Positions 25,869-38,892 of a stretch of 64,000 bases of DNA are shown piece by piece. Every line of letters starts with the position of its first letter. Within the stretch, counting starts at the first letter, position 1. Under the pieces are notes generated by a model that saw only the letters and a list, made by a program, of their open reading frames with translations, was not told where the DNA came from and searched no databases. Source of the stretch: Lachnospiraceae bacterium (GTDB taxonomy: Bacteria > Bacillota > Clostridia > Lachnospirales > Lachnospiraceae); the NCBI GenBank assembly GCA_017994075.1, contig JAGOLM010000002.1, positions 6,636-70,635 on the forward strand, read 5' to 3'. The position numbers and the translations under genes are program-made.

Positions 25869-27110
25869 TTACTTTTTTTGTTTATTTTTTTCAGGCTTAT
25901 CGCATACGCCGTATTCACAGCCTACGTTTAGAGCCTTCATATCATCAACTAACTCCCATTTCCATTTGTTTTTAATGGAAATATTCTTTTTATACAGCTT
26001 GATATGGCCTATTCCCGTTCCACCATTCCAGAGATTTTTATGCTTCATCTCTCCTTCTGGTGATTCGTAATGAATCTTCAGCATATCTTCCTTATTGCAG
26101 GTTACGACTGCCGTCATTTTAGCCACAGGCGTTTCCATCAATAACTTCCATATGATTTTATCTTTGGATTCCTTGTATTTAAACCTTGTTTTGGTTAGTG
26201 TCCAAAACTTGGAAAAATTAAATTCAAAAGCTTCGCCTTCGTGCCAGATAGCACCCAAAATACATCCATCAATACTTAGGGGACCTACCTTTGGTCTGCC
26301 TCCGCCTATATCAAAAACAGAATTTTTTAATTCTTCACCTGTAATATTGCTTATCAAATGGTTTGAAGACAACCATATCCATAGGTCTGTAAAATCAGAT
26401 CCCCAATTTTTGTCTGCATACCCATAGCACTTTTCTGGGTCCACCTTATATTTTCTGCCATTGTAGATAATTTCCCCACTGTAAGCGGTTTTCATACCTT
26501 GTGCATGCCAGAACATCTCAAATGCATCGAGTTCTCTAAGAGCTTTGCTTGCACCATATCCAACATTAAACGCTATCTTTTTATCTATTTTCAGATCCCA
26601 GAACATCTCTCCAGCATCTGTCATATACTCAGGATGAGACTCAGCTTCCTCTTTTGTGACACAGACTTTTCCAAGAGTTCTTGTCTCTGACAAGAAACAG
26701 TTCTTTGCACTTATTTGAAATGGGATATCTTCTTTGATGTCAACCTCATCCCATCCAAAAAATCTGTGTAGTTCCGCCTTGTCTTTTCCCCAAGTACCTG
26801 CCTTTATCATGAGGTATGAAGGTTTCTTCCCGCTATCCTTATTGCTTTTTAGCTGGCCGAACACCGCCTCACTTCCGCCGTATTCCGGATTGATGGTGAA
26901 GAATTCAATGAAGAACGACTTTTCCTCGCCGGTTTCCTCATCTATCGCTGTGAGATTATGCCACCACCAGTCATATCCCTTTTTGGACAGATTGCCATGA
27001 AGCATCCATAAATCTCTGTTTTCATCCTTCTTGTTAAAATTTAATTCCATTCCTTCCAGCGGATTTTTAATTCCAAGGCCTTTTGGAAGTTCAAAATAAT
27101 GTTTTTCCAT
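25869..27110 (-). CDS. Tocopherol-cyclase-like beta-barrel protein
   Basis: Trp/aromatic-rich with GYDWWW, YGYADKNWGSDF and WIWLSSN motifs resembling the tocopherol cyclase family. Confidence 0.65.
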   Translation of the reverse strand: MEKHYFELPKGLGIKNPLEGMELNFNKKDENRDLWMLHGNLSKKGYDWWWHNLTAIDEETGEEKSFFIEFFTINPEYGGSEAVFGQLKSNKDSGKKPSYLMIKAGTWGKDKAELHRFFGWDEVDIKEDIPFQISAKNCFLSETRTLGKVCVTKEEAESHPEYMTDAGEMFWDLKIDKKIAFNVGYGASKALRELDAFEMFWHAQGMKTAYSGEIIYNGRKYKVDPEKCYGYADKNWGSDFTDLWIWLSSNHLISNITGEELKNSVFDIGGGRPKVGPLSIDGCILGAIWHEGEAFEFNFSKFWTLTKTRFKYKESKDKIIWKLLMETPVAKMTAVVTCNKEDMLKIHYESPEGEMKHKNLWNGGTGIGHIKLYKKNISIKNKWKWELVDDMKALNVGCEYGVCDKPEKNKQKK

Positions 27111-27228
27111 ATTAACAGCACTCTCCCGCTTTTAATCTGCTAGATTAAAGTCATCTTTTTCTACTTACTTGTTTACTTCTTTTTTATATCATATTTTAAC
27201 ATATGATAGTATATCATATATTTATCCC

Positions 27229-27257
27229 TTGCAGAATAGCTGTTTTTAATGTAACAT
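27229..27257 (+). promoter_or_regulatory. Putative sigma-A promoter for tRNA-Ser/greA
   Basis: TTGCAG-17 nt-TAACAT, 12 nt before the tRNA. Confidence 0.55.
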
Positions 27258-27269
27258 ATCTCTTCGTGA

Positions 27270-27357
27270 GGAGTCGTATCGAAGTGGTCACAACGAGCTT
27301 GACTCGAAATCAAGTTGTCGGGTTTCCGGCACGTGGGTTCGAATCCCACCGACTCCG
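27270..27357 (+). tRNA. tRNA-Ser (anticodon CGA), CCA not encoded
   Basis: Acceptor GGAGTCG/CGACTCC, discriminator G, anticodon arm CTTGA-CTCGAAA-TCAAG, long variable arm, T-loop GGTTCGAATCC. Confidence 0.96.
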
Positions 27358-27416
27358 TTTGTTTTTTTTAAGGAAGCTCTTTTTAGGGCTTCATTTTTGT
27401 TTTTTAGGAGAAGAAA

Positions 27417-27917
27417 ATGGAAGAAAAACTTACAAAAACCGATGTGGGAAAAATCGAAAAAGAAATCTATGAACGAAAAGTTTATACTAGACATGAACTG
27501 ATAGATGAGGTAAAGGAAGCTCGAGCTCAGGGGGATCTGAGTGAGAATTTCGAATATTATGCTGCAAAAAAAGCAAAAAATCAAAATGAATCCCGTATCC
27601 GTTATCTAGAGAGAATGCTTAAGACTTCAACAATAATTGATGACTCTTCAAGTGATGATGAAGTAGGAATCAATAATACTGTTACTATCTATTTCCCTGA
27701 AGATGACATCGAAGAGACATATAAACTTACTACCTCTATTCGAAGCAATTCTATGGATGGACGTCTCGATATTGAATCACCTCTCGGAAAAGCTCTCATG
27801 CATCACAGAATCAATGAAACAGTTACTATTCATAGTAATGACAATTACTCTTATGATGTGGTCATCCGTGAAATAGATAAATCATCAACCGATGATGATA
27901 ATATCCGTTCTTTTTAG
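27417..27917 (+). CDS. greA: Transcription elongation factor GreA
   Basis: ARAQGDLSENFEY, RIRYLERML, ESPLGKAL. Confidence 0.93.
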   Translation: MEEKLTKTDVGKIEKEIYERKVYTRHELIDEVKEARAQGDLSENFEYYAAKKAKNQNESRIRYLERMLKTSTIIDDSSSDDEVGINNTVTIYFPEDDIEETYKLTTSIRSNSMDGRLDIESPLGKALMHHRINETVTIHSNDNYSYDVVIREIDKSSTDDDNIRSF

Positions 27918-28005
27918 TTTTATCACTGCAATCACTATCATAATTACTTTATTTTCATTTAAACAAAAATGGTCTTATCTAACTTATATTTGAATCTAGA
28001 AACAT

Positions 28006-28037
28006 AAAAATCTCCGGCAGATAACTGTCGGAGATTT
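28006..28037. terminator. Bidirectional terminator between greA and the V-ATPase operon
   Basis: AAAAATCTCCGGCAG-ATAA-CTGTCGGAGATTT. Near-identical to the copy at 42240. Confidence 0.85.
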
Positions 28038-28044
28038 CTTATTA

Positions 28045-28719
28045 TTATTCAATTGATTCATTCAGCTTATCATTATAGCCGTGTGCCTGTTCAAGCATCA
28101 TGTCCTTGACTTTCATCAGACGAACCTGGGTTGAACGCTCGTTTTCATCGAGCTTCATTGTGATATATCGGATTCCCTCACGAGTCTCTGGTATTACAAC
28201 ATGTTCTAGAGCATTAACTCTTCGTCTCGTCTTCTCAATTTCTGTCGAAAGAAGCTGGCATGATTTTTCAATCTCTGCTAATTTCAACATATCCTTGAAT
28301 ACCGCGGACAAAGAGCTTACTGCCCCATCCAAATCTGATGATGTAAAGGCAAATCCATAAGAATACATGTCATTTTCATCTGGTGTTCTGGTAGTGTAAT
28401 CAAATACCGGAATATCCACACTCATAACATTCTTAGTGTCCCGACTTAGATAGATTTCCTGCTTAGGAGCCATTAATGCTTCATTAAGCGTTTGGTCATC
28501 CATTCCGCTTCTGGCTAAAACGAATTCACGATTTGCATTCTTGAGACCGGCTTCAACTTTTATACGAAGTTCCATATTATCTCTTGCCAAGTCCAAGAAC
28601 TGGCGCATCAGTTCATCTCGTTTATCCTTCAGGAGACGATGTCCTCTTACGGCTGTTGCAAGCTTTTTCTTTAAACGCGTAAGTTCCATACGCGTAGGAT
28701 TTATCTGTGCTTGTGCCAT
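28045..28719 (-). CDS. ntpD: V-type ATPase subunit D
   Basis: NPTRMELTRLK, GHRLLKDKRDEL, EIEKTRRRVNALEH. Confidence 0.95.
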   Translation of the reverse strand: MAQAQINPTRMELTRLKKKLATAVRGHRLLKDKRDELMRQFLDLARDNMELRIKVEAGLKNANREFVLARSGMDDQTLNEALMAPKQEIYLSRDTKNVMSVDIPVFDYTTRTPDENDMYSYGFAFTSSDLDGAVSSLSAVFKDMLKLAEIEKSCQLLSTEIEKTRRRVNALEHVVIPETREGIRYITMKLDENERSTQVRLMKVKDMMLEQAHGYNDKLNESIE

Positions 28720-28740
28720 ATATACATCCTTCTACAAAAT

Positions 28741-30111
28741 CTACTTATCGTAGTATTCATCCAACATCTCATCAGAGATACGCTTCAGCTCAGATCTCGG
28801 AAGGATTCTAAGTAGATCCCATCCAATTTCCAGAGTATCTTCGATACTTCTGTCTGCATCATAACCCTGAGATACATATTTCCTCTCAAATTCATCTGCA
28901 AACTTAGCATATATCAAGTCTATCTCTGTCAGTGCTGCCTCTCCAAGAATAACCATAAGTTCCTTGGCATCTTTTCCTCTTGCATATGCCGCAAAAAGCT
29001 GATTCATTGTTGCTGCATGATCTTTTCTGGTCTTGCCATCGCCAATTCCCTTATCCTTAAGACGAGAAAGAGAAGGAAGAACATCTATAGGAGGCGTAAT
29101 ACCCTTCTGATATAGTTCACGGCTAAGTATGATCTGACCCTCTGTAATATATCCCGTAAGATCAGGGATAGGATGAGTCTTATCATCCTCAGGCATTGTA
29201 AGAATTGGTATCATTGTTATTGAACCCTTCTTACCTCTGATACGTCCAGCTCTCTCATAAAGTGTAGCAAGGTCTGTGTACATATATCCAGGATATCCAC
29301 GACGACCAGGAACCTCCTTACGTGCTGCTGAAACTTCTCGAAGAGCATCTGCGTAATTTGTAATATCTGTAAGAATTACAAGTACATGCATATTCTTTTC
29401 GAATGCAAGGTACTCAGCTGCTGTAAGAGCCATACGGGGTGTTGAAATACGCTCAACAGCCGGGTCGTTAGCCAGGTTGATGAAAAGTACGGTTCTATCA
29501 AGCGCTCCCGTCTCTCTAAATGACTGCTCAAAGAAATCAGCCTCTTCAAATGTAATACCCATTGCTGCAAATACAACGGCGAAGTTCTCATCTGTTCCTC
29601 TAACCTTGGCCTGTCTTGCAATCTGTGCTGCAAGTCTGGCATGAGGAAGTCCTGATGCTGAGAAAATAGGAAGTTTCTGTCCACGGACCAATGTATTAAG
29701 TCCATCGATTGCAGATATACCTGTCTGAATAAACTCAGAGGGATATTCACGTGCTGCGGGATTCATAGGAAGTCCGTTGATATCCATTCTTTTCTCTGGA
29801 ATTATCTCTGGTCCATCATCAATAGCATTTCCGATACCATCGAAAACACGTCCCAGCATATCTTCTGATACACCAAGCTCCATTGCTTTTCCAAAGAAAC
29901 GAACTTTGCTGTTTGAAAGATTGATTCCTGTAGCGTCTTCGAACAACTGAACTAGAGCATTGCCTCCGTCAATTTCGAGAACCTTACATCTTCTAACTTC
30001 TCCACTTGCAAGCTCAATTTCCCCAAGCTCGTTATATGTTACATCTTCTACTCCCCTGACTAGCATCAGAGGACCGGCTACTTCTTGGATGGTACGATAT
30101 TCTTTTGCCAT
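28741..30111 (-). CDS. ntpB: V-type ATPase subunit B
   Basis: [45 protein letters not shown]. Confidence 0.96.
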   Translation of the reverse strand: MAKEYRTIQEVAGPLMLVRGVEDVTYNELGEIELASGEVRRCKVLEIDGGNALVQLFEDATGINLSNSKVRFFGKAMELGVSEDMLGRVFDGIGNAIDDGPEIIPEKRMDINGLPMNPAAREYPSEFIQTGISAIDGLNTLVRGQKLPIFSASGLPHARLAAQIARQAKVRGTDENFAVVFAAMGITFEEADFFEQSFRETGALDRTVLFINLANDPAVERISTPRMALTAAEYLAFEKNMHVLVILTDITNYADALREVSAARKEVPGRRGYPGYMYTDLATLYERAGRIRGKKGSITMIPILTMPEDDKTHPIPDLTGYITEGQIILSRELYQKGITPPIDVLPSLSRLKDKGIGDGKTRKDHAATMNQLFAAYARGKDAKELMVILGEAALTEIDLIYAKFADEFERKYVSQGYDADRSIEDTLEIGWDLLRILPRSELKRISDEMLDEYYDK

Positions 30112-30114
30112 GCC

Positions 30115-31881
30115 TTAGTCCTCCTTTCCTTTCAGAGATGAAATTGCATGAATCAATTCATCATTTACAATCTTGTATTGGTCTTCTACCTTATCCTCAG
30201 CAATATACTTAAAACGTCCGATCTGCTCTCTTACACCTAGTTTAACCAGCTTATCGATTTTAACTCCTTCACTAAGGGCCTTGGCACCTTCCTCATAGAA
30301 AGCATAGACTAGCTTCATCATTCTGAACTGCTTATTGATAGAGGTATATGTATCTATGTCATCGAATGAGTTCTGATGTAATAAATCCTCTCGAATAGAT
30401 CTAGCAGCTTCCATCTTTAGACGATCCTGTGGTGAAAGTGCATCCATACCTACCATCTTAACGATTTCATTAAGTGAAGCTTCTTCCTGGAGAAGTGTCA
30501 TCAGGTTCTGGCGTGTAGCCATCCATTCCTCATTAACGTTGGAATTAAACCAAGTCTCAAGTGTATCAAGATACAAACTATAAGATGACAGCCAGTTTAT
30601 CGCCGGGAAATGTCTCTGATATGCAAGATCTGCATCCAGCTTCCAGAAAACCTTTACAATACGAAGGGTTGCCTGAGATACCGGCTCTGAAATATCACCA
30701 CCCGGAGGAGATACTGCTCCAATAACTGACAGATATCCTTCTCTTCCTTCTTTTCCAAGAGAAATAACATGTCCAGCTCTCTCATAGAACTGTGCAAGAC
30801 GTGATGAAAGATAAGCAGGGTAACCTTCCTCACCAGGCATCTCTTCCAGACGACCTGACATCTCTCGAAGAGCCTCTGCCCAACGTGATGTTGAATCTGC
30901 CATAAGAGCGACTGAATATCCCATATCTCTGAAATATTCTGCGATTGTAATTCCTGTATAAATTGATGCTTCACGGGCTGCAACAGGCATATCTGAAGTG
31001 TTGGCAATCAGAACTGTTCTCTGCATCAATGACTCACCTGTTTTCGGATCCTTAAGTTCAGGAAATTCATTAAGAACATCCGTCATCTCATTTCCACGCT
31101 CGCCACATCCAATATATACAACTATATCAGCCTCTGCCCATTTTGCCAGCTGATGCTGAATAACTGTTTTTCCTGAACCAAACGGTCCGGGAACAGCAGC
31201 AACACCGCCCTTAGCTATAGGGAAAAATCCGTCAATTACACGCTGCCCTGTAATCAAAGGTTTATCTGGTGCAAGCTTTTTAGAATATGGACGACCACGT
31301 CTAACTGGCCATTTCTGTGCCAATGTAACATCCTTATCGCCATCTTTTGTTTCAACTACTGCTATTGCCTCACGAATAGTATATGATCCCGAATTAATGG
31401 ATTTAATCTTACCTGATATTCCAAAAGGAACCATGATCTTCTGTTCTACAACAGATGTTTCCTGAACGGTTCCAAGAACATCTCCTGCCTGGATTTCGTC
31501 TCCTACAGCTGCGGTTGCTACAAAATCCCACTTTTTATCCTCATCAAGAGAAGGAACTTCAACTCCTCGCGTCAAACGATCTGTTCCTGTTTTCTCTAGA
31601 ATCTTATTAAGTGGCCTCTGAATACCATCATATATTGATCCGATAAGTCCCGGTCCAAGATCTACAGAAAGAGGTACTTCCATTGACTCAACCGGTGCTC
31701 CCGGTCCAAGTCCTGAAGTCTCTTCGTATACCTGAATAGAGGCCTCGTCACCATGTATTTCAATTATTTCTCCAATTAGTCGTTCGGAGCTTACTCTTAC
31801 AACATCGAACATGTTTGCATCACGCATGCCCGAAGCAATTACAAGCGGTCCTGCGACTTTTTTAATTACACCTGTACTCAA
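30115..31881 (-). CDS. ntpA: V-type ATPase subunit A
   Basis: Walker [29 protein letters not shown]. Start moved to TTG 31881 after GAGGAGG. Confidence 0.96.
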   Translation of the reverse strand: MSTGVIKKVAGPLVIASGMRDANMFDVVRVSSERLIGEIIEIHGDEASIQVYEETSGLGPGAPVESMEVPLSVDLGPGLIGSIYDGIQRPLNKILEKTGTDRLTRGVEVPSLDEDKKWDFVATAAVGDEIQAGDVLGTVQETSVVEQKIMVPFGISGKIKSINSGSYTIREAIAVVETKDGDKDVTLAQKWPVRRGRPYSKKLAPDKPLITGQRVIDGFFPIAKGGVAAVPGPFGSGKTVIQHQLAKWAEADIVVYIGCGERGNEMTDVLNEFPELKDPKTGESLMQRTVLIANTSDMPVAAREASIYTGITIAEYFRDMGYSVALMADSTSRWAEALREMSGRLEEMPGEEGYPAYLSSRLAQFYERAGHVISLGKEGREGYLSVIGAVSPPGGDISEPVSQATLRIVKVFWKLDADLAYQRHFPAINWLSSYSLYLDTLETWFNSNVNEEWMATRQNLMTLLQEEASLNEIVKMVGMDALSPQDRLKMEAARSIREDLLHQNSFDDIDTYTSINKQFRMMKLVYAFYEEGAKALSEGVKIDKLVKLGVREQIGRFKYIAEDKVEDQYKIVNDELIHAISSLKGKED

Positions 31882-31895
31882 GGCTTCGTTCCTCC

Positions 31896-32219
31896 TCACT
31901 CATTTCCAAATAGAATATCACTGCCTACTGCCTTCTCCACCGATCTCTTTACTCCAAGGACTCCTTCGCCGGTATTACCACTGATTCCCGGAATCTGAAT
32001 TATTGCAGGGAAAACCTGGTTTTCATATTCTGATATTTCATTTTTGAGTTTTTTGTTAAATGCCTCTGTGACATAGATGATGCCGTAGTCACGAGAACAT
32101 AATTTTTTAAAAAGGATTTTATCCTCTTCTAAATCACCGGTTTCGGGAAAAATGTCCAGTCCGAGAGCGGCAAAACCATAGATACTATCTCTATCTCCTA
32201 CTACCGCTATCTTATCCAT
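31896..32219 (-). CDS. ntpG: V-type ATPase subunit F
   Basis: [20 protein letters not shown]...[10 protein letters not shown]. Start moved to 32219. Confidence 0.92.
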   Translation of the reverse strand: MDKIAVVGDRDSIYGFAALGLDIFPETGDLEEDKILFKKLCSRDYGIIYVTEAFNKKLKNEISEYENQVFPAIIQIPGISGNTGEGVLGVKRSVEKAVGSDILFGNE

Positions 32220-33180
32220 ACATCTGCCTTGCCCTTTCCTTAATTGCATCCTCTGAGAATCCATTTTTCTTAGCGGTCAGGAGAACCCTTACCGTCTTGA
32301 TCTCGTTTTCTCTTCCAAGATAATATGCAATTACCGGTCCAATCGTAAATGGATTAGTTTTCTCCGGACGAATAGAAGCAATTACGCTATTATCACACCA
32401 TTTTTCAAACTCCGTGATAGACGCTTTAAGCGCTTCTCCGGCCTCTGACATTTCATGGTCTGACATATATGAGATAAGTGCTTCCTCATTCTCTGAAGCT
32501 GCTTTTGCCAATGTATCCTTATTAAAAAATTTGCTGGATGCCAGGGCCTCTCTTATAAATTCATAAGTCTTTCCTGTCCTTGCTCCACGAACTGCAATCT
32601 TAACATCTGTAACTGCAATCGTTTTTTCCAAATAATTCTTTATAATAGGATATTTCGACTTTTCTGCTGACTGTTTCATACAATCAAGACACGCTCTGTC
32701 GATAATCACATCACTTTTCTGACCATCATGGTTCTGAAGCATTACTATTAATGCATCCTCTGCTGCCTGTTTCATCGATTCCGGCAAATCTTTAAAATTT
32801 TTATCTTTTAGGATATCTGTAAAAAATTTTCTATTGTAGACTCTGTGCTCATAATAAGCTGTAGAAATCCCGCCTTCGTCTCCGACTTCTTTGACCGCTG
32901 CTTTCAGATTGTGGAAAACCTGTGGATATGATAAAACATCCATCACATCATCTCCCACTCCAAGAGATCTAATAAGTTTATTAACCTTGGCACTTTCAGC
33001 TGCAAGAATCTTCAGAGGATCACGTCCGCTGTTTTCGTCGCCCCAGCCCTTGTCCAGAAGGAACGATACAACTCCATCCTCATCCTTCATTCCTGCCATC
33101 TGTACGATGTCAGCGTCACTTAACAGTGACTTTTCCAAGACCCGGATCCTGGCGACAGCAAATACGTAATTTTCTCCCAT
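32212..33180 (-). CDS. ntpC: V-type ATPase subunit C
   Basis: YVFAVARIRVLEKSLL, ENEIKTVRVLL. Expected operon position. Confidence 0.9.
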   Translation of the reverse strand: MGENYVFAVARIRVLEKSLLSDADIVQMAGMKDEDGVVSFLLDKGWGDENSGRDPLKILAAESAKVNKLIRSLGVGDDVMDVLSYPQVFHNLKAAVKEVGDEGGISTAYYEHRVYNRKFFTDILKDKNFKDLPESMKQAAEDALIVMLQNHDGQKSDVIIDRACLDCMKQSAEKSKYPIIKNYLEKTIAVTDVKIAVRGARTGKTYEFIREALASSKFFNKDTLAKAASENEEALISYMSDHEMSEAGEALKASITEFEKWCDNSVIASIRPEKTNPFTIGPVIAYYLGRENEIKTVRVLLTAKKNGFSEDAIKERARQMYG

Positions 33181-33183
33181 CGC

Positions 33184-33783
33184 TTACTCCTTAGGCCAAA
33201 GCATTTTATATACAAGATCCTGCATATCTGTATGCTTTTCATTAAAAATTGATTTTATTGAACTGTTCTCATCAATACCGCCATACTTCAAAATAAATCC
33301 GCCATCAATATCAGCATTATTATTTGAAAGTTTTAAACTTCCACCCTTTTTCTCGGCTTCGGCATTAACCTTAGTCTCAAAATCACCGGGAAGTCTCTTC
33401 CTGTCACTTTCAGAAATTAGTATCTCACCATTCTCTGAGTAACAAGTCTTACCTACAAGACTGTAAATCATGGAGAAATAATCGCTGTCGCTCTGAGACA
33501 TTATCTTCTCATACGCTTTATTCAGTATGTCTTTTATGACACATGCTTTTGCATCAAGAATAGCTCGTCTCTCATTGGTATTAGCCTGAGACGTTATTTT
33601 CTCAATGTATTTGTCAGAATCAGCCTTCGCCTTAGCTCTGGCTTTATCTGACAAAACAGCTATTTCTTCCTTGGCCTTAGAAATAAGATCATTCTTATTC
33701 TCTTCAGCCTCTTTGTTTATATTTGCACACTGTGTGTGCGAGTCCTGCAGGATTTCATCTGTTATATTCTCTACTCCTGCCAT
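33184..33783 (-). CDS. ntpE: V-type ATPase subunit E
   Basis: MAGVENITDEIL coiled-coil start, DIDGGFIL. Expected operon position. Confidence 0.9.
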   Translation of the reverse strand: MAGVENITDEILQDSHTQCANINKEAEENKNDLISKAKEEIAVLSDKARAKAKADSDKYIEKITSQANTNERRAILDAKACVIKDILNKAYEKIMSQSDSDYFSMIYSLVGKTCYSENGEILISESDRKRLPGDFETKVNAEAEKKGGSLKLSNNNADIDGGFILKYGGIDENSSIKSIFNEKHTDMQDLVYKMLWPKE

Positions 33784-33803
33784 TGGTAATCACTCCTTAT
33801 TCA

Positions 33804-36292
<2,489 letters not shown>

Positions 36293-36297
36293 TCAGT

Positions 36298-36618
36298 CTA
36301 CCTCCCAGTATTCAGAAGTGAATCAACAACCGCTTCAACAACCGCTTCATATTTAGGCTTTGCATCACCTATCAACGCTTGTTTCGCTACTATTGATCTT
36401 TCATCTGATTCCGACAAGATATGCTGGCCTTGTTTTTCTGCCGTTTCCATTGCATCGTCATAAAACGCTTTGTCTTTCGCTTTTGCATCAGATTTCAAAT
36501 CATTTATGACAAGCTCTGTGTTCTTCTCTGTCTGCTTAGCCTGTTCTTTGGCTTCAAGCACGCTTACTCTCGCCTTTTCCTCTGCGTCTTTAACTGCAGA
36601 GATGGTTTCTTCGATCAT
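36298..36618 (-). CDS. ntpF: V-type ATPase subunit G/H (peripheral stalk)
   Basis: 106-aa coiled coil MIEETISAVKDAEEKA. First gene of the operon. Confidence 0.8.
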   Translation of the reverse strand: MIEETISAVKDAEEKARVSVLEAKEQAKQTEKNTELVINDLKSDAKAKDKAFYDDAMETAEKQGQHILSESDERSIVAKQALIGDAKPKYEAVVEAVVDSLLNTGR

Positions 36619-36810
36619 TTGACCCCCTGTCTAAAGATGTTAAGACGACTTAACCGTTTATAAAGTTATAAAAAATAACACTGATCCCAAGAGCCATACT
36701 ATTACGATAGCATTTGATGCAAGGAAATCTAAATCCCCCTGTAATCTATCAAAAATTATATGTTTCCCTGAATCAGTTTACATTTTTACCATAACGCACT
36801 TTATGAAACT

Positions 36811-37296
36811 TTACAAGTTTATTTTAATTTCTCGTCCTGTACAATTATACAATCTGTATATCACTCCCGCCGAATCCAGCATCTTTTTTGACGCGATCAC
36901 AGCTGGTGTATCCTTGTATTTGTCACTTCCATATATTATTTCCCTTATTCCTGCCTGAATGATTGCTTTGGCACATTCGTTGCATGGAAAAAGCGTTACA
37001 TACATTTTTGTATGTTCTAATGATCCACCTCTATAATTAAGTATTGCGTTTAGTTCACTGTGGGTAGAATAAAAATATTTGTTTTTTCCCGGATCTCCAT
37101 CTCTATTCCATGGAAAAGCATCATCAGAACATCCTCTTGGAAATCCATTATAGCCCATTGACAATATCTTATTGTCTGTGCTAACTATACAAGCGCCCAC
37201 CTGAGTATTGGGATCTTTTGATCTCATACCCGAAAGATACGCAACTCCCATAAAATACTCATCCCATGATATATGATCTTCTCTTTTTTCGCCCAT
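36811..37296 (-). CDS. dCMP deaminase
   Basis: RSKDPNTQVGAC, HSELNAI (HxE), PCNEC (PCxxC). Confidence 0.92.
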   Translation of the reverse strand: MGEKREDHISWDEYFMGVAYLSGMRSKDPNTQVGACIVSTDNKILSMGYNGFPRGCSDDAFPWNRDGDPGKNKYFYSTHSELNAILNYRGGSLEHTKMYVTLFPCNECAKAIIQAGIREIIYGSDKYKDTPAVIASKKMLDSAGVIYRLYNCTGREIKINL

Positions 37297-37297
37297 A

Positions 37298-37774
37298 TTA
37301 TTCTCCTTCCAAGAGATTTATGAGCTTTCTCACCGTTTCACGAAGCGCTTCAAAACAAAGACCATATGTATGAAGCGGTTCTCCGTATGGATTAAGTGTC
37401 TCAAGCTCTTCTCCTACATAATACGCCAAAACAAATGTATTCTCTGAATTAGCAGATGTATAATTATCGAGAATATAGTCCTTTCTTTTTTCATCCACCG
37501 CCAGAATAAGCGTCTTATCTGTTATCTCTCCGTTATCGAGTTTCTTTGAGAAAAAATCGTTTATGACTATTCCATTACTAGCCATTACCGCTTCTGCCTT
37601 TTGATTTAATGGCTCTGAAAATTGCACAAGGATTCCTCTGCTAAGTATTTCAAGTGGCAGCGTTTTATGCATTTTTTCCAACTCATCCATCATAATTGCA
37701 ACTGCCATTGGGGCTCTGTTAATATCATGTCCATCAACAAATATGATTCTTCTAATATTTTTAATATTATTCAA
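37298..37774 (-). CDS. LMW-PTP/YwlE-fold protein lacking catalytic Cys and Asp
   Basis: IIFVDGHDINRAPMA in place of FVCxGNxCRSPMA. SRGI motif present. LNPYG in place of DPYG. Directly downstream of sua5. Confidence 0.75.
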   Translation of the reverse strand: MNNIKNIRRIIFVDGHDINRAPMAVAIMMDELEKMHKTLPLEILSRGILVQFSEPLNQKAEAVMASNGIVINDFFSKKLDNGEITDKTLILAVDEKRKDYILDNYTSANSENTFVLAYYVGEELETLNPYGEPLHTYGLCFEALRETVRKLINLLEGE

Positions 37775-38828
37775 TATTAATCACCTGATGTCCTGCTGCT
37801 TTTAACAGCCTGTTCATTATGGCCTGCCCTATTCTTGGGGTATTAAAGCTCTCTGAAAAAATCGCATCTATTCCTTTACTATCACATTCCCTTAATATTG
37901 CATATAAGTTCCTGGCAATAGAATCTTCATCGTCTCTATTTCCGATTGCAAATAAAACATCGGCACTATATTTGTCCTTATCCTCGTTTGTGAAAATAAT
38001 TCCTGTTTTTTTGCCTTCTTTTTTTGCCTCTTTTTCCAACTTATTAATTTCTGATACGACCTTATCTTCCTGCCCTTCAACAATAATCAGATTACCTTTA
38101 GGCGCATAATGCTTGTATCTCATTCCAGGCGCTTTTGGCCTTATATTTTTTCCGGCATTCTGATCTAGTATTCCCGGATCTATCCTTACTTCTTTTCCTA
38201 GAGCTTTCTCTAACATTTCCTTATTTATAAATCCCGGACGGAGGATTGTTGGGATTCCCTCGGAAAGGTCAACAATTGTTGATTCAAGCCCAATATCAGA
38301 TGATCCACCATCTATCAAACAATCAATTTTTCCATTTAGATCCTCCCATACATGATCTGCCACTGTAGGAGATGGCCTTCCGGAAGTATTCGCGCTGGGT
38401 GCAGCAATCATTACATTGCTTTCTGTGAGAAATGTCCTCGCAATAGGATGACTTGGCATTCTTATAGCAACGGTATCTAATCCGCCAGTGGTTGTAAGCG
38501 GTATAACCTCGTTCTTTTTTACAATCATAGTAAGTGGCCCCGGCCAAAATGCCTGATTCAATACCCTGGCATCTTCTGGAACTTCCATTGCAATTTCTTC
38601 TAGTTCACTAAAATCATGTATATGCACGATCAATGGATTGTCAGATGGTCTTCCCTTAGCTTCATATATTTTTTTTGAAGCCTCAGGATTTTTGGCATCT
38701 CCTCCCAATCCATAAACTGTTTCTGTCGGGAAAGCTACCAATCCACCATTCCTGATTATTTCGATTGCTTCTGTCATATCCCAACCATTTGAATCATTTA
38801 CATCTAATTTTATTCTTTTTGTCTGCAA
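37767..38828 (-). CDS. sua5: L-threonylcarbamoyl-AMP synthase Sua5/YwlC
   Basis: FPTETVYGLG, KGRPSDNPLIVH, APSANTSGRPSPT, APGMRYKHYAP. TTG start. Confidence 0.95.
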   Translation of the reverse strand: MQTKRIKLDVNDSNGWDMTEAIEIIRNGGLVAFPTETVYGLGGDAKNPEASKKIYEAKGRPSDNPLIVHIHDFSELEEIAMEVPEDARVLNQAFWPGPLTMIVKKNEVIPLTTTGGLDTVAIRMPSHPIARTFLTESNVMIAAPSANTSGRPSPTVADHVWEDLNGKIDCLIDGGSSDIGLESTIVDLSEGIPTILRPGFINKEMLEKALGKEVRIDPGILDQNAGKNIRPKAPGMRYKHYAPKGNLIIVEGQEDKVVSEINKLEKEAKKEGKKTGIIFTNEDKDKYSADVLFAIGNRDDEDSIARNLYAILRECDSKGIDAIFSESFNTPRIGQAIMNRLLKAAGHQVINIE

Positions 38829-38892
38829 TTCACTGCCTCTATCTATTTCTTTATAAATATCTTATCTGTCCGAAAATCTACAGATAATATTC

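Noticed and set aside
27270-27420. tRNA-Ser as an integration site of a genomic island
   Set aside because: No duplicated tRNA 3' end, integrase or compositional break was seen. greA follows directly.
36619-36810. Rex operator or Na+ (DUF1646) riboswitch before the V-ATPase operon; palindrome GTTAAG-ACGA-CTTAAC at 36639-36654
   Set aside because: Half-site spacing is GTTAA-N6-TTAAC rather than the N4 of Rex, and I cannot match the riboswitch consensus by eye. Needs cmscan.
36811-37296. dCMP deaminase as ComEB evidence for competence linked to the Tad pilus
   Set aside because: No comEA or comEC adjacent, 22 kb from the Tad locus, and the enzyme is ordinary nucleotide metabolism.
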